Shown here piece by piece: positions 21,001 to 30,503 of a DNA stretch of 64,000 bases. The first letter of the stretch is position 1. Every line of letters begins with the position of its first letter. Position numbers and translations under genes: made by a program. The stretch lies in NCBI GenBank assembly GCA_044070495.1, contig JBIPSI010000009.1, positions 102,234 through 166,233 of the forward strand, in the 5' to 3' direction. The stretch comes from Spirulina sp. GTDB lineage: Bacteria; Cyanobacteriota; Cyanobacteriia; Phormidesmidales; Phormidesmidaceae. Below the pieces are notes generated by a model. That model was not told the origin of the DNA. It saw only the letters and a list, made by a program, of their open reading frames with translations, and did not search any database.

Positions 21001-22318
21001 GCTGGTTCTACGAAGCTACACCGCCACCGCCTGGACAGGATGGCTGGTAGTTGGTGCCGCCCTCCTAGCACTCGAAATTGGCCGCCGAGGACGGCAGCCC
21101 CTCACCCGTTGGATTGCCCTGGTGGGGCTGTCGGTGGGGTGGTATGAGCTGGTGCTGTACCAAATGCTCCAGGCTCCGGGGGGGGCGGTGGCGGATGGGC
21201 TGATCGTCCTAGCGACGGTGGCGGCGCTGATTATGGGCACCTATCGGCTGGCGGCAGGACGACTGCGGGCAGAATGGGGCCTGCCGCCGCTGGAATTGCT
21301 GTGGGCGGCTCATCTGCATTGGTTCATCGGCTCTCTGCTGTTGCTGGGGGCGGGGTTGACAATGGCATGGACGAACGGCGGCGGGGTTGGGGCGCACAGC
21401 AGTACGCCCGTACAGGGTGTGGGGAATCTGGCCTGGGTTGGGGTGGGGATAGCCGCTGTGTTGGTGGGCTATGCCGTCTTTCAGGGGCGTTTGGGCACCC
21501 AGGACGACCTCAAATCCGCCTGGGTCTATGGGGCACTGGTGGAGCTGGTGGGGTGGTTTGCCCTGGTGCGGTTGGCGGCTCCGGGGCTGGCACGGCTCGA
21601 TCCCTGGTGGGGCGTGGTGGCCTGTGCGGTGGCGGTGCCGATCTACTGGATCCCCTGGGAAACCTGGAACTGGCCCCAGCGGCCTTGGCGGGTGATGGCC
21701 ATCTCCGTTCCCCTGATTATTACCCTACTCACCCAGGGCGTTGGCCACATTCCTAGCCTGTGGGTGCTGGTGGGGTTCTATGGCTGGCTGGCGTGGCACA
21801 GCGGGCGGGTGCGGGTCTCGTATCTATCGGTGACCATCGCGGTGTGGGCCGTGTGGCTGTGGCTAGAGCAGCAATCGATCCAAGACGAGGTGATCTGGAT
21901 GCTTCCCCTAGGGCTAACCATGCTCTACGTCGCCCAGGTGGATCCAACCGTGCGACAGGAGGAGGCCAAGACCTTTCGCCATTGGCTACGGGTCGCCGCC
22001 GTTGGGGTGGTGCTCTTTCCAGCGTTGGGGTCGGATCGCTGGACGGGCTGGCCCGTGGGAGCCATGAGCCTAGGTATTTTGGCGGCGGGACTGACCCTCC
22101 GCATCCGCGCCTTTTTGTACGTGGGCACCCTGGTTTTTGCCCTCAATGCCCTCAATCAACTGGTGTTGCTCAATGCGGCCTATCCCTTTCTTAAGTGGAT
22201 CATCGGCATTGCGGTGGGGATCGCGCTGATTTGGGTAGCAGCGGATTTCGAGCGTCGCCGTGCCCAGTGGCTACAGATCACCCAAAGCTGGCTAGACAAT
22301 CTGGAGGGATGGCAGTAG
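18092..22318 (+). CDS. very large polytopic membrane protein (DUF2157-like)
   Basis: GLEAWLRLGLL N-terminus, Pro-rich linker and many hydrophobic helices over 1408 aa. Confidence 0.75.
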   Translation: MADSQEPPIRLQLDFSADQPGLMEGLEAWLRLGLLTEAQVLALAQAQLTCEVPPFPRAVMGAELAGASATELVAPNTSDSAVPDISTSGVTDIPTPGVPIPSETEGISDFLPPDSEEEAIFRTLPPPPSPSRQRGQPQRGQRQESAPRRASISRPSAPVSPSTRPPRSPSATGVWLDRLMSELSVVWLLGLGVFLVVLSSAVLAATQWARFNAVGQYLVLLTYTLVFWGAGLICGQRPNLQLTAKTLGMIALLLVPLNFWAMDALGIWRTSGGALLGIVAALGLSGVTVQAMRQQRGSALEQGNALGLAYLHMGWGLGTMPMVAVYLGVLGSAMVTLYRPLQARRSLPRGSASSALGHSASTPSPPTAADIQPPSPLHLPTATLGISLGLLLLRALTLVDPTQWGQFGLAVGLYAATWVWLGQRHLAPSNQALATEAQSAPDSPDSPDSPSPRLPSPLTRWPILLGRLLLVGAWLTTITDWLAQAFGISALGLGLRIQALQKLGKRRDLLTAHVIAIQLGFVGWELLPEALRQGSTALLFAWTGAEWWPTALLGISLFPYVIGLVALGDWYYRRHQPKLGRFSDELAIIDGVLLMLVSATVGRVLVINLIASTVTAFVVAGRRTPRRQGYILLSYGLTVATILVTIGQRWPQLPLEHWAAVGATLAVASILCSKALPNLWGKSAWLYGLGLSAFTYLLLWWHLLTIPTPWQSPWSLLGLAIPTAFTLIRRHTASVPTTALALLLTLGLPWTRLVGLATAILLSALNGAALRQPSLPFVTVAYGLGLVVATVEYSIPNFPRHWTDWYGVTAALALTLWAIHRILSSSPVRAHRSAPQPQPLIPLYGAACDQWGHLLTLGLLTVMTIFPRWLLVAWEPLRILPLMASGGLLLALALRYWGQVQPRTVYLAGWAVQLLVAEGMAWRWGTPLALAVPTLGLGALSLVLATGLSRSRPHLVAPLQQLTLAYAGLALVLRSYTATAWTGWLVVGAALLALEIGRRGRQPLTRWIALVGLSVGWYELVLYQMLQAPGGAVADGLIVLATVAALIMGTYRLAAGRLRAEWGLPPLELLWAAHLHWFIGSLLLLGAGLTMAWTNGGGVGAHSSTPVQGVGNLAWVGVGIAAVLVGYAVFQGRLGTQDDLKSAWVYGALVELVGWFALVRLAAPGLARLDPWWGVVACAVAVPIYWIPWETWNWPQRPWRVMAISVPLIITLLTQGVGHIPSLWVLVGFYGWLAWHSGRVRVSYLSVTIAVWAVWLWLEQQSIQDEVIWMLPLGLTMLYVAQVDPTVRQEEAKTFRHWLRVAAVGVVLFPALGSDRWTGWPVGAMSLGILAAGLTLRIRAFLYVGTLVFALNALNQLVLLNAAYPFLKWIIGIAVGIALIWVAADFERRRAQWLQITQSWLDNLEGWQ

Positions 22319-22384
22319 GTCTGCGATCCGCCGCTACACTTTCCCGCTAGGCTGATAACACGCCTGTTGTATTCAGTCAGCTCC

Positions 22385-23494
22385 ATGGGACAGCGCTTTC
22401 GCTTTGCCATCATCAGCGATCCCCACGTCGCCCGCCCAGAAACCATCCCCGATCATCCCCACCGTTTTCACTTGGTCGAGGTCAGCATTCCGGGGCTAGA
22501 GCAAATTTTTGCCCACCTAGAAACCCTCGATTTAGACTTTCTGCTGCTGCCGGGAGATCTCACCCAACACGGCGAATGGGAAAACCACGATTGGCTGATT
22601 CAGCGCCTCAAAACACTCCCCTTTCCCGCCTACGTGGTTCCGGGCAACCACGACATCATCGCCCACGATGCCACCCCCCAAGCCATTGGCCTAGCGGATT
22701 TTCCCCGCCTCTACCAGAGCTTTGGCTATGAGGGTGGGCCAAGGCCCTACTATCACCAGGAAATTCTCCCAAGGGTTCACCTCCTCGGCCTCAATTCCAA
22801 TGTCTTTGATGAATCTGGGAAACAACTCGGCGTAGGCTACGTGGATGACGAACAACTGGCCTGGCTAGACGATGTTTTGCCCCAACTGCAAGACGACCTG
22901 GTGCTGGTGATGCTGCACCACAACGTCCTAGAGCACCTCTGGGGACAGGCCCAAAGCCCCCTCGGCCAGCGCTATATGGTGCACAATCGACAAGCGCTGA
23001 TTCAACGATTGGAAGCCGCCCAGGTGCCGCTGATCTTCACGGGCCATCTCCATGTCCAGAACATTGCTCGCCAAGGCTCTCTCTGCGAAGTGCTGACCGG
23101 ATCTTTGGTCAGTTATCCCCATCCCTATCGGGTGCTGGAGGCGGAGTGGGAACCGGGGCAATCCCTACGGCTGGAGGTGCAATCCCACCGATTGCAGGCG
23201 GTGGCACCCTGGGACGATCTGCAAACCATGTCCTACCAATGGATGTGCGACCGGGCCGGGGTGTTTATGGCCAAGTTTCTGGCCGCTCCACCCATTAACC
23301 TATCCCCAGCCGAGGCCGAAGCCCTCGCCCCCCGCCTCAGCCACTTCTGGCCCACCGTTGCCAAGGGCGACCCCCAGTTCGATTTCTCCCACCTGCCCGC
23401 CTCGGTGCGCCCCATTTTAGAACGCTTCAACGCCATTGACGCCAACGGCCAACCCGAAGCCATCGACAATGCCACCACCCTAGTTTGGCCCTAG
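22385..23494 (+). CDS. calcineurin-like metallophosphoesterase
   Basis: SDPH, GDLT, GNHD, HH and GHLH motifs. Confidence 0.92.
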   Translation: MGQRFRFAIISDPHVARPETIPDHPHRFHLVEVSIPGLEQIFAHLETLDLDFLLLPGDLTQHGEWENHDWLIQRLKTLPFPAYVVPGNHDIIAHDATPQAIGLADFPRLYQSFGYEGGPRPYYHQEILPRVHLLGLNSNVFDESGKQLGVGYVDDEQLAWLDDVLPQLQDDLVLVMLHHNVLEHLWGQAQSPLGQRYMVHNRQALIQRLEAAQVPLIFTGHLHVQNIARQGSLCEVLTGSLVSYPHPYRVLEAEWEPGQSLRLEVQSHRLQAVAPWDDLQTMSYQWMCDRAGVFMAKFLAAPPINLSPAEAEALAPRLSHFWPTVAKGDPQFDFSHLPASVRPILERFNAIDANGQPEAIDNATTLVWP

Positions 23495-23588
23495 GCCCAG
23501 CGACCCCAAGAATCGCTGTAGCCCTAAAAACCCCTGATATAGTTAGGCTGAGATCCACCCTCTTTACGATAAGTCCATTCCAACTGCC

Positions 23589-24581
23589 ATGAAACTTTCC
23601 AGCAAAAACCTCGATACCCGTCTCGATCAGGTCTACGACGCCATTGTGGTCGGAGGCGGCATGGGAGGGCTATCCGCCGCCATCTACCTGGCCCGCTACG
23701 GCCTCACCTGCCTGGTGGTAGAAAAGGGCAAGGGCCGTTCGGTGTGGATGCAAGATCTGCGCAACTTCATCGGCTTTGATCCCACCACCCCCGGACGCGA
23801 CATCCTCAGCCATGGGGCCAAACAGGCCGTTGAATGGGGGGCCGACTACCTGCGGGGCTATGTAGAATCCGTTGCCGACGAGGGCGACACCCTGGCCGTC
23901 AAGGTAAAAGTGGGCAAAAAAGACAGCATCTACCCCGTCTTTCGCACCCGGTATTTAATCGCCGCCTCTGGGGTGATCGACGTGCTACCCAAGCTCGACG
24001 ACATGCAGAACGTCTACGACTTTGCCGGATACACCCTCCATGTCTGCATGATCTGCGATGGCCACGACATGCGCGACCAAAAAGCCGTCCTCATCGCCGG
24101 ATCCGAGGGCCAAATTAACGCCGCCTTTGTGATGAACTGGTTCACCCCCTACATTTCCGTCCTCACCCACGGGCTGTTTGAGGTCAGCGATGCCATGAAA
24201 CAAAAGCTAGCCGACCACGGCTACCCCCTCCACGAATCGCCCATTGTGCGCTTCCATGGCCACAAACACCACCTCAGCGGCGTAGAACTGGCCGACGGCA
24301 CCCTAGTCGAAGCCACCACGGGCCTGGTCAGCATGGGGTCGATCTACCACAACCACTACCTAAAGGACATCCCAGGTCTGGAATGGGAGGGCGAAAACCT
24401 GGTCACCAACACCATGGCCCAAACCAGCCACGAGCGCATCTTTGCCCTAGGCGACCTTAAACAGGGCCTCAACCAAGTCTCCATTGCCGTGGCCGATGGC
24501 ACCCTCGCCGCCACCCAAATTTGGCGCAATATCCGCCGCGCCAGCCCCCCCCGCAAGTGGGAGGAGAATATCCCCGCCTAG
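23589..24581 (+). CDS. thioredoxin-reductase-like flavoprotein (cyanobacterial DDOR / Slr0600 type)
   Basis: GGGMGGLSAA, HVCMICDG CxxC and GDLKQGLNQV; resembles recalled Synechocystis Slr0600. Confidence 0.85.
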   Translation: MKLSSKNLDTRLDQVYDAIVVGGGMGGLSAAIYLARYGLTCLVVEKGKGRSVWMQDLRNFIGFDPTTPGRDILSHGAKQAVEWGADYLRGYVESVADEGDTLAVKVKVGKKDSIYPVFRTRYLIAASGVIDVLPKLDDMQNVYDFAGYTLHVCMICDGHDMRDQKAVLIAGSEGQINAAFVMNWFTPYISVLTHGLFEVSDAMKQKLADHGYPLHESPIVRFHGHKHHLSGVELADGTLVEATTGLVSMGSIYHNHYLKDIPGLEWEGENLVTNTMAQTSHERIFALGDLKQGLNQVSIAVADGTLAATQIWRNIRRASPPRKWEENIPA

Positions 24582-24740
24582 GGGCTGCAATTTGAAAGGC
24601 TCCTAGACTACGCTGGTATTGCTTAGCTATGGCTGGGCAACCTAGGGCTGGCGACACAGGGCTTGGTAGGCTTGTGTCGCTGGTTGTGGTCGTTGGTCAT
24701 TGGTCGTTGGTGACTTTAAGGAGAATTTTGCAGATTGGTT

Positions 24741-25436
24741 ATGAAAAACCTTAACCGTAATCAAAATCAGGCTAAGCCCCCACAAATTCATCATCATAAC
24801 TGGGCCAAACAGCTAGAAGAGCTAGAATCCCGCCGCAAGCAGGCTGATGATCTATTCAATCAACTACTCCAGGCTGATGAAGAACTAGAAAAGAAAGAGC
24901 ATGATCTGCGTCAGGCCGACGAGGAAATAGAAAAACAAAAGCAAGCTATTGAGCAAGCTAATTTACAGCTTACTCAGGCCGACGAGGAGATAGAAAAACA
25001 AAAGCATGAACTGCGTCAGGCCAATGAAGAGATCGAAAAGAAAAAACAGGCCATTGAGCAAGCCCATGTACGACTGCAACAACAACAACATTACAATCAG
25101 CAGCTTTTGCAGAAATTAAAGAATGCGATTCAATCTCGCAACTCTATGCGTGGTCGATTAGGCAACGTCGTTATGCAATATAACCGCGTCATGCAACAAG
25201 TCAATCAATTAATGGAGCGATATAAAACGGCGACGCAAAAACTTAAAACCACAACCGAGCAACTAGGAAAAGCCTATAAAAAAATCCATACTATCGAGGC
25301 CGAGTATGACCAAGATATGACCGAAATCGCTCGTGCTTATCAAGAGGCTAGCTTCGAGCAGCGGGCTCAACTTCCTGAACAATTGCGGCAAGTTTTAGAG
25401 AAAATTGAGCAAGATTACACGGGAGTTGAGAAATGA
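24741..25436 (+). CDS. coiled-coil protein with internal 35-aa tandem duplication
   Basis: QADEELEKKEHDLR-QADEEIEKQKQAIEQANLQLT repeated (105-bp unit, about 24871-25080); AT-richer than flanks. Confidence 0.8.
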   Translation: MKNLNRNQNQAKPPQIHHHNWAKQLEELESRRKQADDLFNQLLQADEELEKKEHDLRQADEEIEKQKQAIEQANLQLTQADEEIEKQKHELRQANEEIEKKKQAIEQAHVRLQQQQHYNQQLLQKLKNAIQSRNSMRGRLGNVVMQYNRVMQQVNQLMERYKTATQKLKTTTEQLGKAYKKIHTIEAEYDQDMTEIARAYQEASFEQRAQLPEQLRQVLEKIEQDYTGVEK

Positions 25437-25948
25437 GACGACGCAGTGAACGCCAGAAAGACATTGACGATTTGAAGCAAACGCTCTACGCTGCCGGGGT
25501 TTCAACGCTAGAAGCGGCCCAGGCCCAAGAGGAAATGTTGACTACTGCCCTAGAAGCCCTTACGGACGCCTATGAAGACCAAGCCACGCCACAACTAGAG
25601 GCAGCTACAGACCCAATGCCAGATCTACAGCCCATCCTCGATTCGCTTTGGACAGAACGGCAGCGGGCACTCACCCAAGGGGATTATGACGCCTACGTGG
25701 CCGCAGAAACCAAACTGCAAAACCTCGATGAATTACGGGTGGCTCGAATAGAGCGTGAGGTGCGGGAGCTAACCGCCCAACAACAGCTTAATAGACTCAC
25801 GAACTCTGCTGGTGCTGAGGCCGTTGATAATCCTTGGACGGAGGCAAGTCTTAAGGCCCAATACACGACACTAAGCGCCGTGAAAAAAGCCTTCTCAATC
25901 AAGCCCCGTAGTTGGAAAGAAGCCGTTAAAATCCTTAATCAGCGCTAG
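25433..25948 (+). CDS. hypothetical helical protein, translationally coupled to upstream gene
   Basis: ATGA overlap at 25433-25436; small C-terminal domain PWTEASLKAQYTTLSAVKKAFSIKPRSWKEAV. Confidence 0.75.
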   Translation: MRRRSERQKDIDDLKQTLYAAGVSTLEAAQAQEEMLTTALEALTDAYEDQATPQLEAATDPMPDLQPILDSLWTERQRALTQGDYDAYVAAETKLQNLDELRVARIEREVRELTAQQQLNRLTNSAGAEAVDNPWTEASLKAQYTTLSAVKKAFSIKPRSWKEAVKILNQR

Positions 25949-25985
25949 AAAACTCTACTCAGCGAGATTGAAAACATGGGGAATT

Positions 25986-26018
25986 AGAACCCCGGTTTCT
26001 TGGAGAAATCGGGGTTCT
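25986..26018. terminator. palindromic repeat between convergent genes
   Basis: AGAACCCCGGTTTCT-TGG-AGAAATCGGGGTTCT followed by T residues. Confidence 0.6.
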
Positions 26019-26057
26019 TTGGCAGGAAATAATTCGGCTGTGAAGATTTTGAACAGG

Positions 26058-26843
26058 CTAAATATAGCGAGTTAGGTTAATGCGGTAGCGTTCTTTTTTG
26101 GTAACAGCTACTTCGCCAATGGAGAGTCGTCCTTTGCCGCGAATGGCGACCAAATCTCCGGCGGCGAGGTTGTGGCTGGGTTGGGTGATGGTCTTCCAGT
26201 TCACCCGCACATCTCCGGCGGAAATGAGATCGGCCATCTTGCTGCGCGACATGCCAAACCCCGCCGAAGCGACGGCATCCAGGCGTAGAGAGGCTTCTAC
26301 GGTGGTGAGTTCTTTGGTTTTGGGCGGGCGCACCTTTAGTTCTTCCCAGTCTGCGACTTGGGTCTTAACGGGGACAGACCGTACCTGGGTGAGATGAAGG
26401 GTGAGAAACTCCGCCAGTTCGGGCACGACGATGGCCTGGGCACCCCGTTCGCCCAACACAATGATGTCGCCCACCTTGTCGCGCACTAGGCCCGTGCCCA
26501 GCAGCGAACCGAGGAAATCTCGGTGGGTGGCGGGGTCGAACATAAAGTTTCCGGCCATGTTCACCAGGGCCAGGGGAATGGGGTTGGCTTCTAGGTCTAG
26601 GGGCAAGTCGCTGCGGGCAATGGCGAGGCGCTGTCGTTCGGCCTGGGGATAGCCGCCCCAACCGAGGATATGGACATCAGTGAGGCGTTGAAACAGGGCT
26701 TCGGCCTCCATGCGCTCCGGCGGCGAGAGAAAATCTGTCACCACAATGTCCCAGGTTTTGATGGCCTGTTCCGCCTGATCCAAAATTCGGGCTAGACAGT
26801 CGCGGTTTTCAACAGATTTCAGCAGGTCATCCTTAGGCAGCAT
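26058..26843 (-). CDS. photosystem II S4 domain protein (YlmH/Sll1252)
   Basis: TDFLSPP, GGYPQAER, HRDFLG and S4 domain ASLRLDAVAS..GMSRSK. Confidence 0.93.
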   Translation of the reverse strand: MLPKDDLLKSVENRDCLARILDQAEQAIKTWDIVVTDFLSPPERMEAEALFQRLTDVHILGWGGYPQAERQRLAIARSDLPLDLEANPIPLALVNMAGNFMFDPATHRDFLGSLLGTGLVRDKVGDIIVLGERGAQAIVVPELAEFLTLHLTQVRSVPVKTQVADWEELKVRPPKTKELTTVEASLRLDAVASAGFGMSRSKMADLISAGDVRVNWKTITQPSHNLAAGDLVAIRGKGRLSIGEVAVTKKERYRINLTRYI

Positions 26844-26915
26844 GGGCGAGGCAACAGCAGAACGCATCTAGGTTCCACCTTATCGCTATCTCGGAGGGTT
26901 ATGCCAATGCCAGGA

Positions 26916-27929
26916 TTAGTCAGATTCGGCGGTGCCCGTGGGGGAGGTTCCGGCTTCCCAGGCCGACAGCCATTGCCGTAGCCGCTGGGTGAGGGATTCG
27001 CGGCGGTTAATCAGATAAATGCTGACCAGGGTGAAGCTCACCCCCAGCCATTGCAGGGAGGAGAGGGTTTCGCCTAGGAACAAGTTGCCAAACAGCAGGG
27101 CAAACACGGGGGTTAAAAAGGTGAGGGCACTGAGGCTAGTGAGGTTGCCCTTGGAGGCCAAGAAGAAGAAGATGCCGTAGGCCAGGGCGCTGCCGAAGAT
27201 GGTGGAGTAGGCAATGGCGGCCCAGTCAGTCCCGGTGAGTCCTTGCCACTGCTGGGTTTCACCTAGGGCCGACAGAACGAACAGGGGAATCCCGCCGAGT
27301 ACCATGTGCCAGCCCGTGGCCACCACCGCATCGGCATGGCGGCAGACGTAGCGAATTAAAATCGTGCCCGTGGCCATGGAGAGGGCCGCCAGCAGCATCA
27401 GCCATTCCCCCCCTTGTAGCAGGGTGTCTAGGGCGGTGCCTTCGGTCAGCCAGTCGGTGTTGCCGTGGACGAGGGCGAAGATCCATTCATCGGGCAGGCC
27501 CAGTAGGCTAATGCCCGCAATGCCCCACAGCAGGCCAATCCAGCCCAGGGCACCGATGTGTTCGCCAAACAGCCCCCGCGCCATCACCGCCACCGCTAGG
27601 GGTTGAGAGTCGATCATCACCGACCCCAGACCTGCCCCGGTGCGCTGCAACCCCGCCGCCAAAAAGCCCTGGAACAGGGTGCCATCCACCAAGGCAAAGA
27701 GGGCGATCCACAGCCAGGCCCGTCCGCTAAGCTTTTGCTCTCGCCCCAGCCACAGACTGGCCAGCAACACCAGCAAACCCGCTGGCACCAGGCGCATTCC
27801 CGCCATAAAAAAAGGAGCGGTGTGGGGCATCGCTCCCTTCATCGCCACCATGGCCGTACCCCACAAAAAGAAGGGGGCAATCAGCAGGATGGGGTTACGG
27901 GTGGTGGGCTGAACGGAGGAGGAATCCAT
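26916..27929 (-). CDS. DMT/EamA family transporter
   Basis: two EamA repeats, FFLWGTAMVAMK and DSQPL. Confidence 0.9.
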   Translation of the reverse strand: MDSSSVQPTTRNPILLIAPFFLWGTAMVAMKGAMPHTAPFFMAGMRLVPAGLLVLLASLWLGREQKLSGRAWLWIALFALVDGTLFQGFLAAGLQRTGAGLGSVMIDSQPLAVAVMARGLFGEHIGALGWIGLLWGIAGISLLGLPDEWIFALVHGNTDWLTEGTALDTLLQGGEWLMLLAALSMATGTILIRYVCRHADAVVATGWHMVLGGIPLFVLSALGETQQWQGLTGTDWAAIAYSTIFGSALAYGIFFFLASKGNLTSLSALTFLTPVFALLFGNLFLGETLSSLQWLGVSFTLVSIYLINRRESLTQRLRQWLSAWEAGTSPTGTAESD

Positions 27930-28044
27930 GGGCAAAATCGAGAGGGGGAGAGGCGGAAGTGAGACGAAATAGACCTGACATAGGTAGGACTTACGCTGAA
28001 TAGGATCCAAAGCAGAACCCACACCAGGAGAGCCTACACAATAT

Positions 28045-28058
28045 GTAGAGTTGTGTAC
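28045..28058. promoter_or_regulatory. candidate NtcA site
   Basis: TGTAGAGTTGTGTACA (extended TGTA-N8-TACA) between the divergent DMT and sppA genes. Confidence 0.5.
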
Positions 28059-28223
28059 AAAATGATTGAGGACAGCTTAACGCAGTTCTGCCAGAGATGC
28101 TGAAACCCTTCCCTAGCCTTTCAGAGCGTGCCCCAGGGGTTTGTTAAGTTAGCTACAATACATCTTAGTATTTTGACATTCTTGGCTGAACCCAGCCGCT
28201 AACTCATCCCTTCTAACCTTGCT

Positions 28224-29087
28224 ATGATTTGGCCGTTTCCCCCCCGTTCCCGTAAGTCCATTGCCCGCCTAGAAGTGAATGGCGTGATTGGTGGTGCCAC
28301 CCGCAAGCGCGTCCTCGAAGCCCTCAAAGTTGTTGAAGAACGGAAGTTTCCGGCCCTGCTGCTGCGTATCGATAGTCCGGGCGGCACCGTGGGCGACTCC
28401 CAGGAAATCTACACCGCCCTGCGCCGCTTGCAGGAAAAGGTCAAAATTGTTGCCAGCTTCGGCAATATTTCCGCCTCCGGGGGGGTCTACATCGGCATGG
28501 GGGCCAACCACATCGTCGCCAATCCGGGCACCATCACCGGCAGCATTGGCGTAATTTTGCGCGGCAACAACCTAGAACGCCTGCTAGACCGGGTGGGGGT
28601 GTCCTTTAAGGTGATTAAATCCGGCCCGTACAAAGACATTCTGGCCTTTGACCGAGAACTTACCGACGAAGAAAAGCACATTCTGCAAGAACTGATCGAC
28701 GTGAGCTACGGTCAGTTTGTGAAAACCGTCGCCGAGGCCCGTCGCCTCAGCGAAGACACCGTGCGTAGTTTTGCCGATGGCCGCATTTTCACGGGCGAAC
28801 AGGCCCTTACCCTGGGGGTGGTGGATCGCCTGGGTAGCGAAGAAGAAGCCCGTCGCTGGACGGCAGAACTGGCCGGACTCGACCCCGAAAAGACGGAATG
28901 CATCACCCTGGGCGAGAAAAAGGGCGGCCTGCGGCGACTGCTTCCCGGCAGCAGCGAAGGGCGGGCGGCGATTCATCCAGCCCTGGCCGCCGCAGGGATT
29001 TCCCAAAGCACCGTCAGCGCCACCCTCGACTGGATCGCCTTTGAGCAATCCACCAGCGGCCTGCCCCTGTGGCTCTACCGCCCCTAG
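28224..29087 (+). CDS. sppA: signal peptide peptidase (S49)
   Basis: IDSPGG, SASGGVY, GSIGV, KSGPYKD and DGRIFTG. Confidence 0.95.
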   Translation: MIWPFPPRSRKSIARLEVNGVIGGATRKRVLEALKVVEERKFPALLLRIDSPGGTVGDSQEIYTALRRLQEKVKIVASFGNISASGGVYIGMGANHIVANPGTITGSIGVILRGNNLERLLDRVGVSFKVIKSGPYKDILAFDRELTDEEKHILQELIDVSYGQFVKTVAEARRLSEDTVRSFADGRIFTGEQALTLGVVDRLGSEEEARRWTAELAGLDPEKTECITLGEKKGGLRRLLPGSSEGRAAIHPALAAAGISQSTVSATLDWIAFEQSTSGLPLWLYRP

Positions 29088-29280
29088 GTTCCACGCTGTT
29101 TTGAACCGCCCTTAACCGCCCTTTTCCCAAGGATGACGCCCCTTGGTAGGATGGGAAACAGCACGATTCGCTAATATGGGCGCTGGGCCTTCACCGACTC
29201 GATCCACAGCGGCGGGTTAGGGAGGCCCAAGCTTGTAAGCTGTGTTGATTCACTTATTTTGACATCCTGGAGGATAGGGC

Positions 29281-29667
29281 GTGGACTGGCGAACCTGGGC
29301 AATTCGGGGAGCGGTGACCGTAACAGAGAACACCGAAGCGGCCATGGCAGAGGCGGTAACGGAGCTTCTCGACGCCCTAGAGACCCGTAATCAGCTCGAT
29401 CCCTGCTGCATCATCAGCGCCACCTTTTCCGTCACGCGGGATCTCGACGCCATTTTCCCCGCCGCCGTGGCCCGTCGTCGCCCAGGCTGGGATAGCGTGG
29501 CTCTGCTGGATGTGCAGCACATGCATGTGGAAGGCAGCTTGCCCTACTGCATCCGGGTGTTGCTCCATGTGCAGTTGCCCATCGTGCACCCCGCCGTCAC
29601 CCACGCCTACCTGCGCGGAGCCGAAAGCCTGCGCCCCGACCTCAGCCTCACCTCCACCTCAGCCTAA
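29281..29667 (+). CDS. aroH: chorismate mutase, AroH type
   Basis: AIRGA.T, FSVT.DLDAIFPA, CIRVL and LRPDL. Confidence 0.93.
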   Translation: MDWRTWAIRGAVTVTENTEAAMAEAVTELLDALETRNQLDPCCIISATFSVTRDLDAIFPAAVARRRPGWDSVALLDVQHMHVEGSLPYCIRVLLHVQLPIVHPAVTHAYLRGAESLRPDLSLTSTSA

Positions 29668-29749
29668 TTCCAAATAAGATCCCCCCAGCCCCCCTCAGTA
29701 AGGCTACTGTTTATACACATCTTGCTTTCATACCGTCACACCTGGGAGA

Positions 29750-29913
29750 TCCAACTCTGGCAGCACATGCCCGCTTCTAAGGTGGCGTTAGTGATTTCGA
29801 TGTGGTTTTCGGAGGGGGGAGACTACCTGAAAACAAGAGATGAGTTGTTTGAGGGGGAGACGGTGGAGTCTTTGGCCGCAAAGATTCGGGCGTTTCGGGA
29901 ACAGGGGCAGTAG
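29750..29913 (+). pseudogene. 5'-truncated small antitoxin-like gene
   Basis: LWQHMPASKVA...GGDYLKTRDELFEGETVESL resembles small cyanobacterial antitoxin-like proteins; 5' part replaced by repeat sequence at about 29676-29721. Confidence 0.45.
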
Positions 29914-30488
29914 GGTCGCGGCGGGCAATTCGGGTGATTCCGGTGACGGGGGAGACGATGACCCATGCGCTGGAGCAGTTTGGACGGTGGCGAGGATTGA
30001 GGTGTGTCGGGGGAGGGAGTTGGAGGAGGGCAGGGTGTTGACTACGTGGGAAAAGAACGATTTTCTGAACACTCCCCTTGCCGTCCCTCATCAACGGGAA
30101 GCTATAGGTTAGCCCCTGGGTATTGAGTTCGCTCCAGACTCAGCCAAAACCGTACTTTCAGCAGCAACTCGCCCCACCCATCCCTGCCCCATTTCCAAAT
30201 ACAGTCAAATTTGCAGGATTCATCTCAACACAGTTGAGAAAGAGTGTGAACTAAGACAAGGCTTATTGATACTTATGCCGATCAGATAAATCCTGTCGCT
30301 GGGCCAGACAGACTAGGCGATTGCTGTAGCAGAGTCTATCGCTCTTACCCAGAATCCTTTTGGAATAAGGGTTATAGACTGAGAGCGGGGCTGGCAAATT
30401 CCACAACAACCCTTTCACATCAATATCTTATCAGGATTTTTTCTCTTTAAGCTCTTGACAAGAGTACCAGAATCCGGCTCAATGCATT

Positions 30489-30503
30489 TGATAGTGATTT
30501 GCA
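30489..30503. promoter_or_regulatory. Fur-box-like 7-1-7 inverted repeat
   Basis: TGATAGT-G-ATTTGCA upstream of the siderophore ABC genes. Confidence 0.5.
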
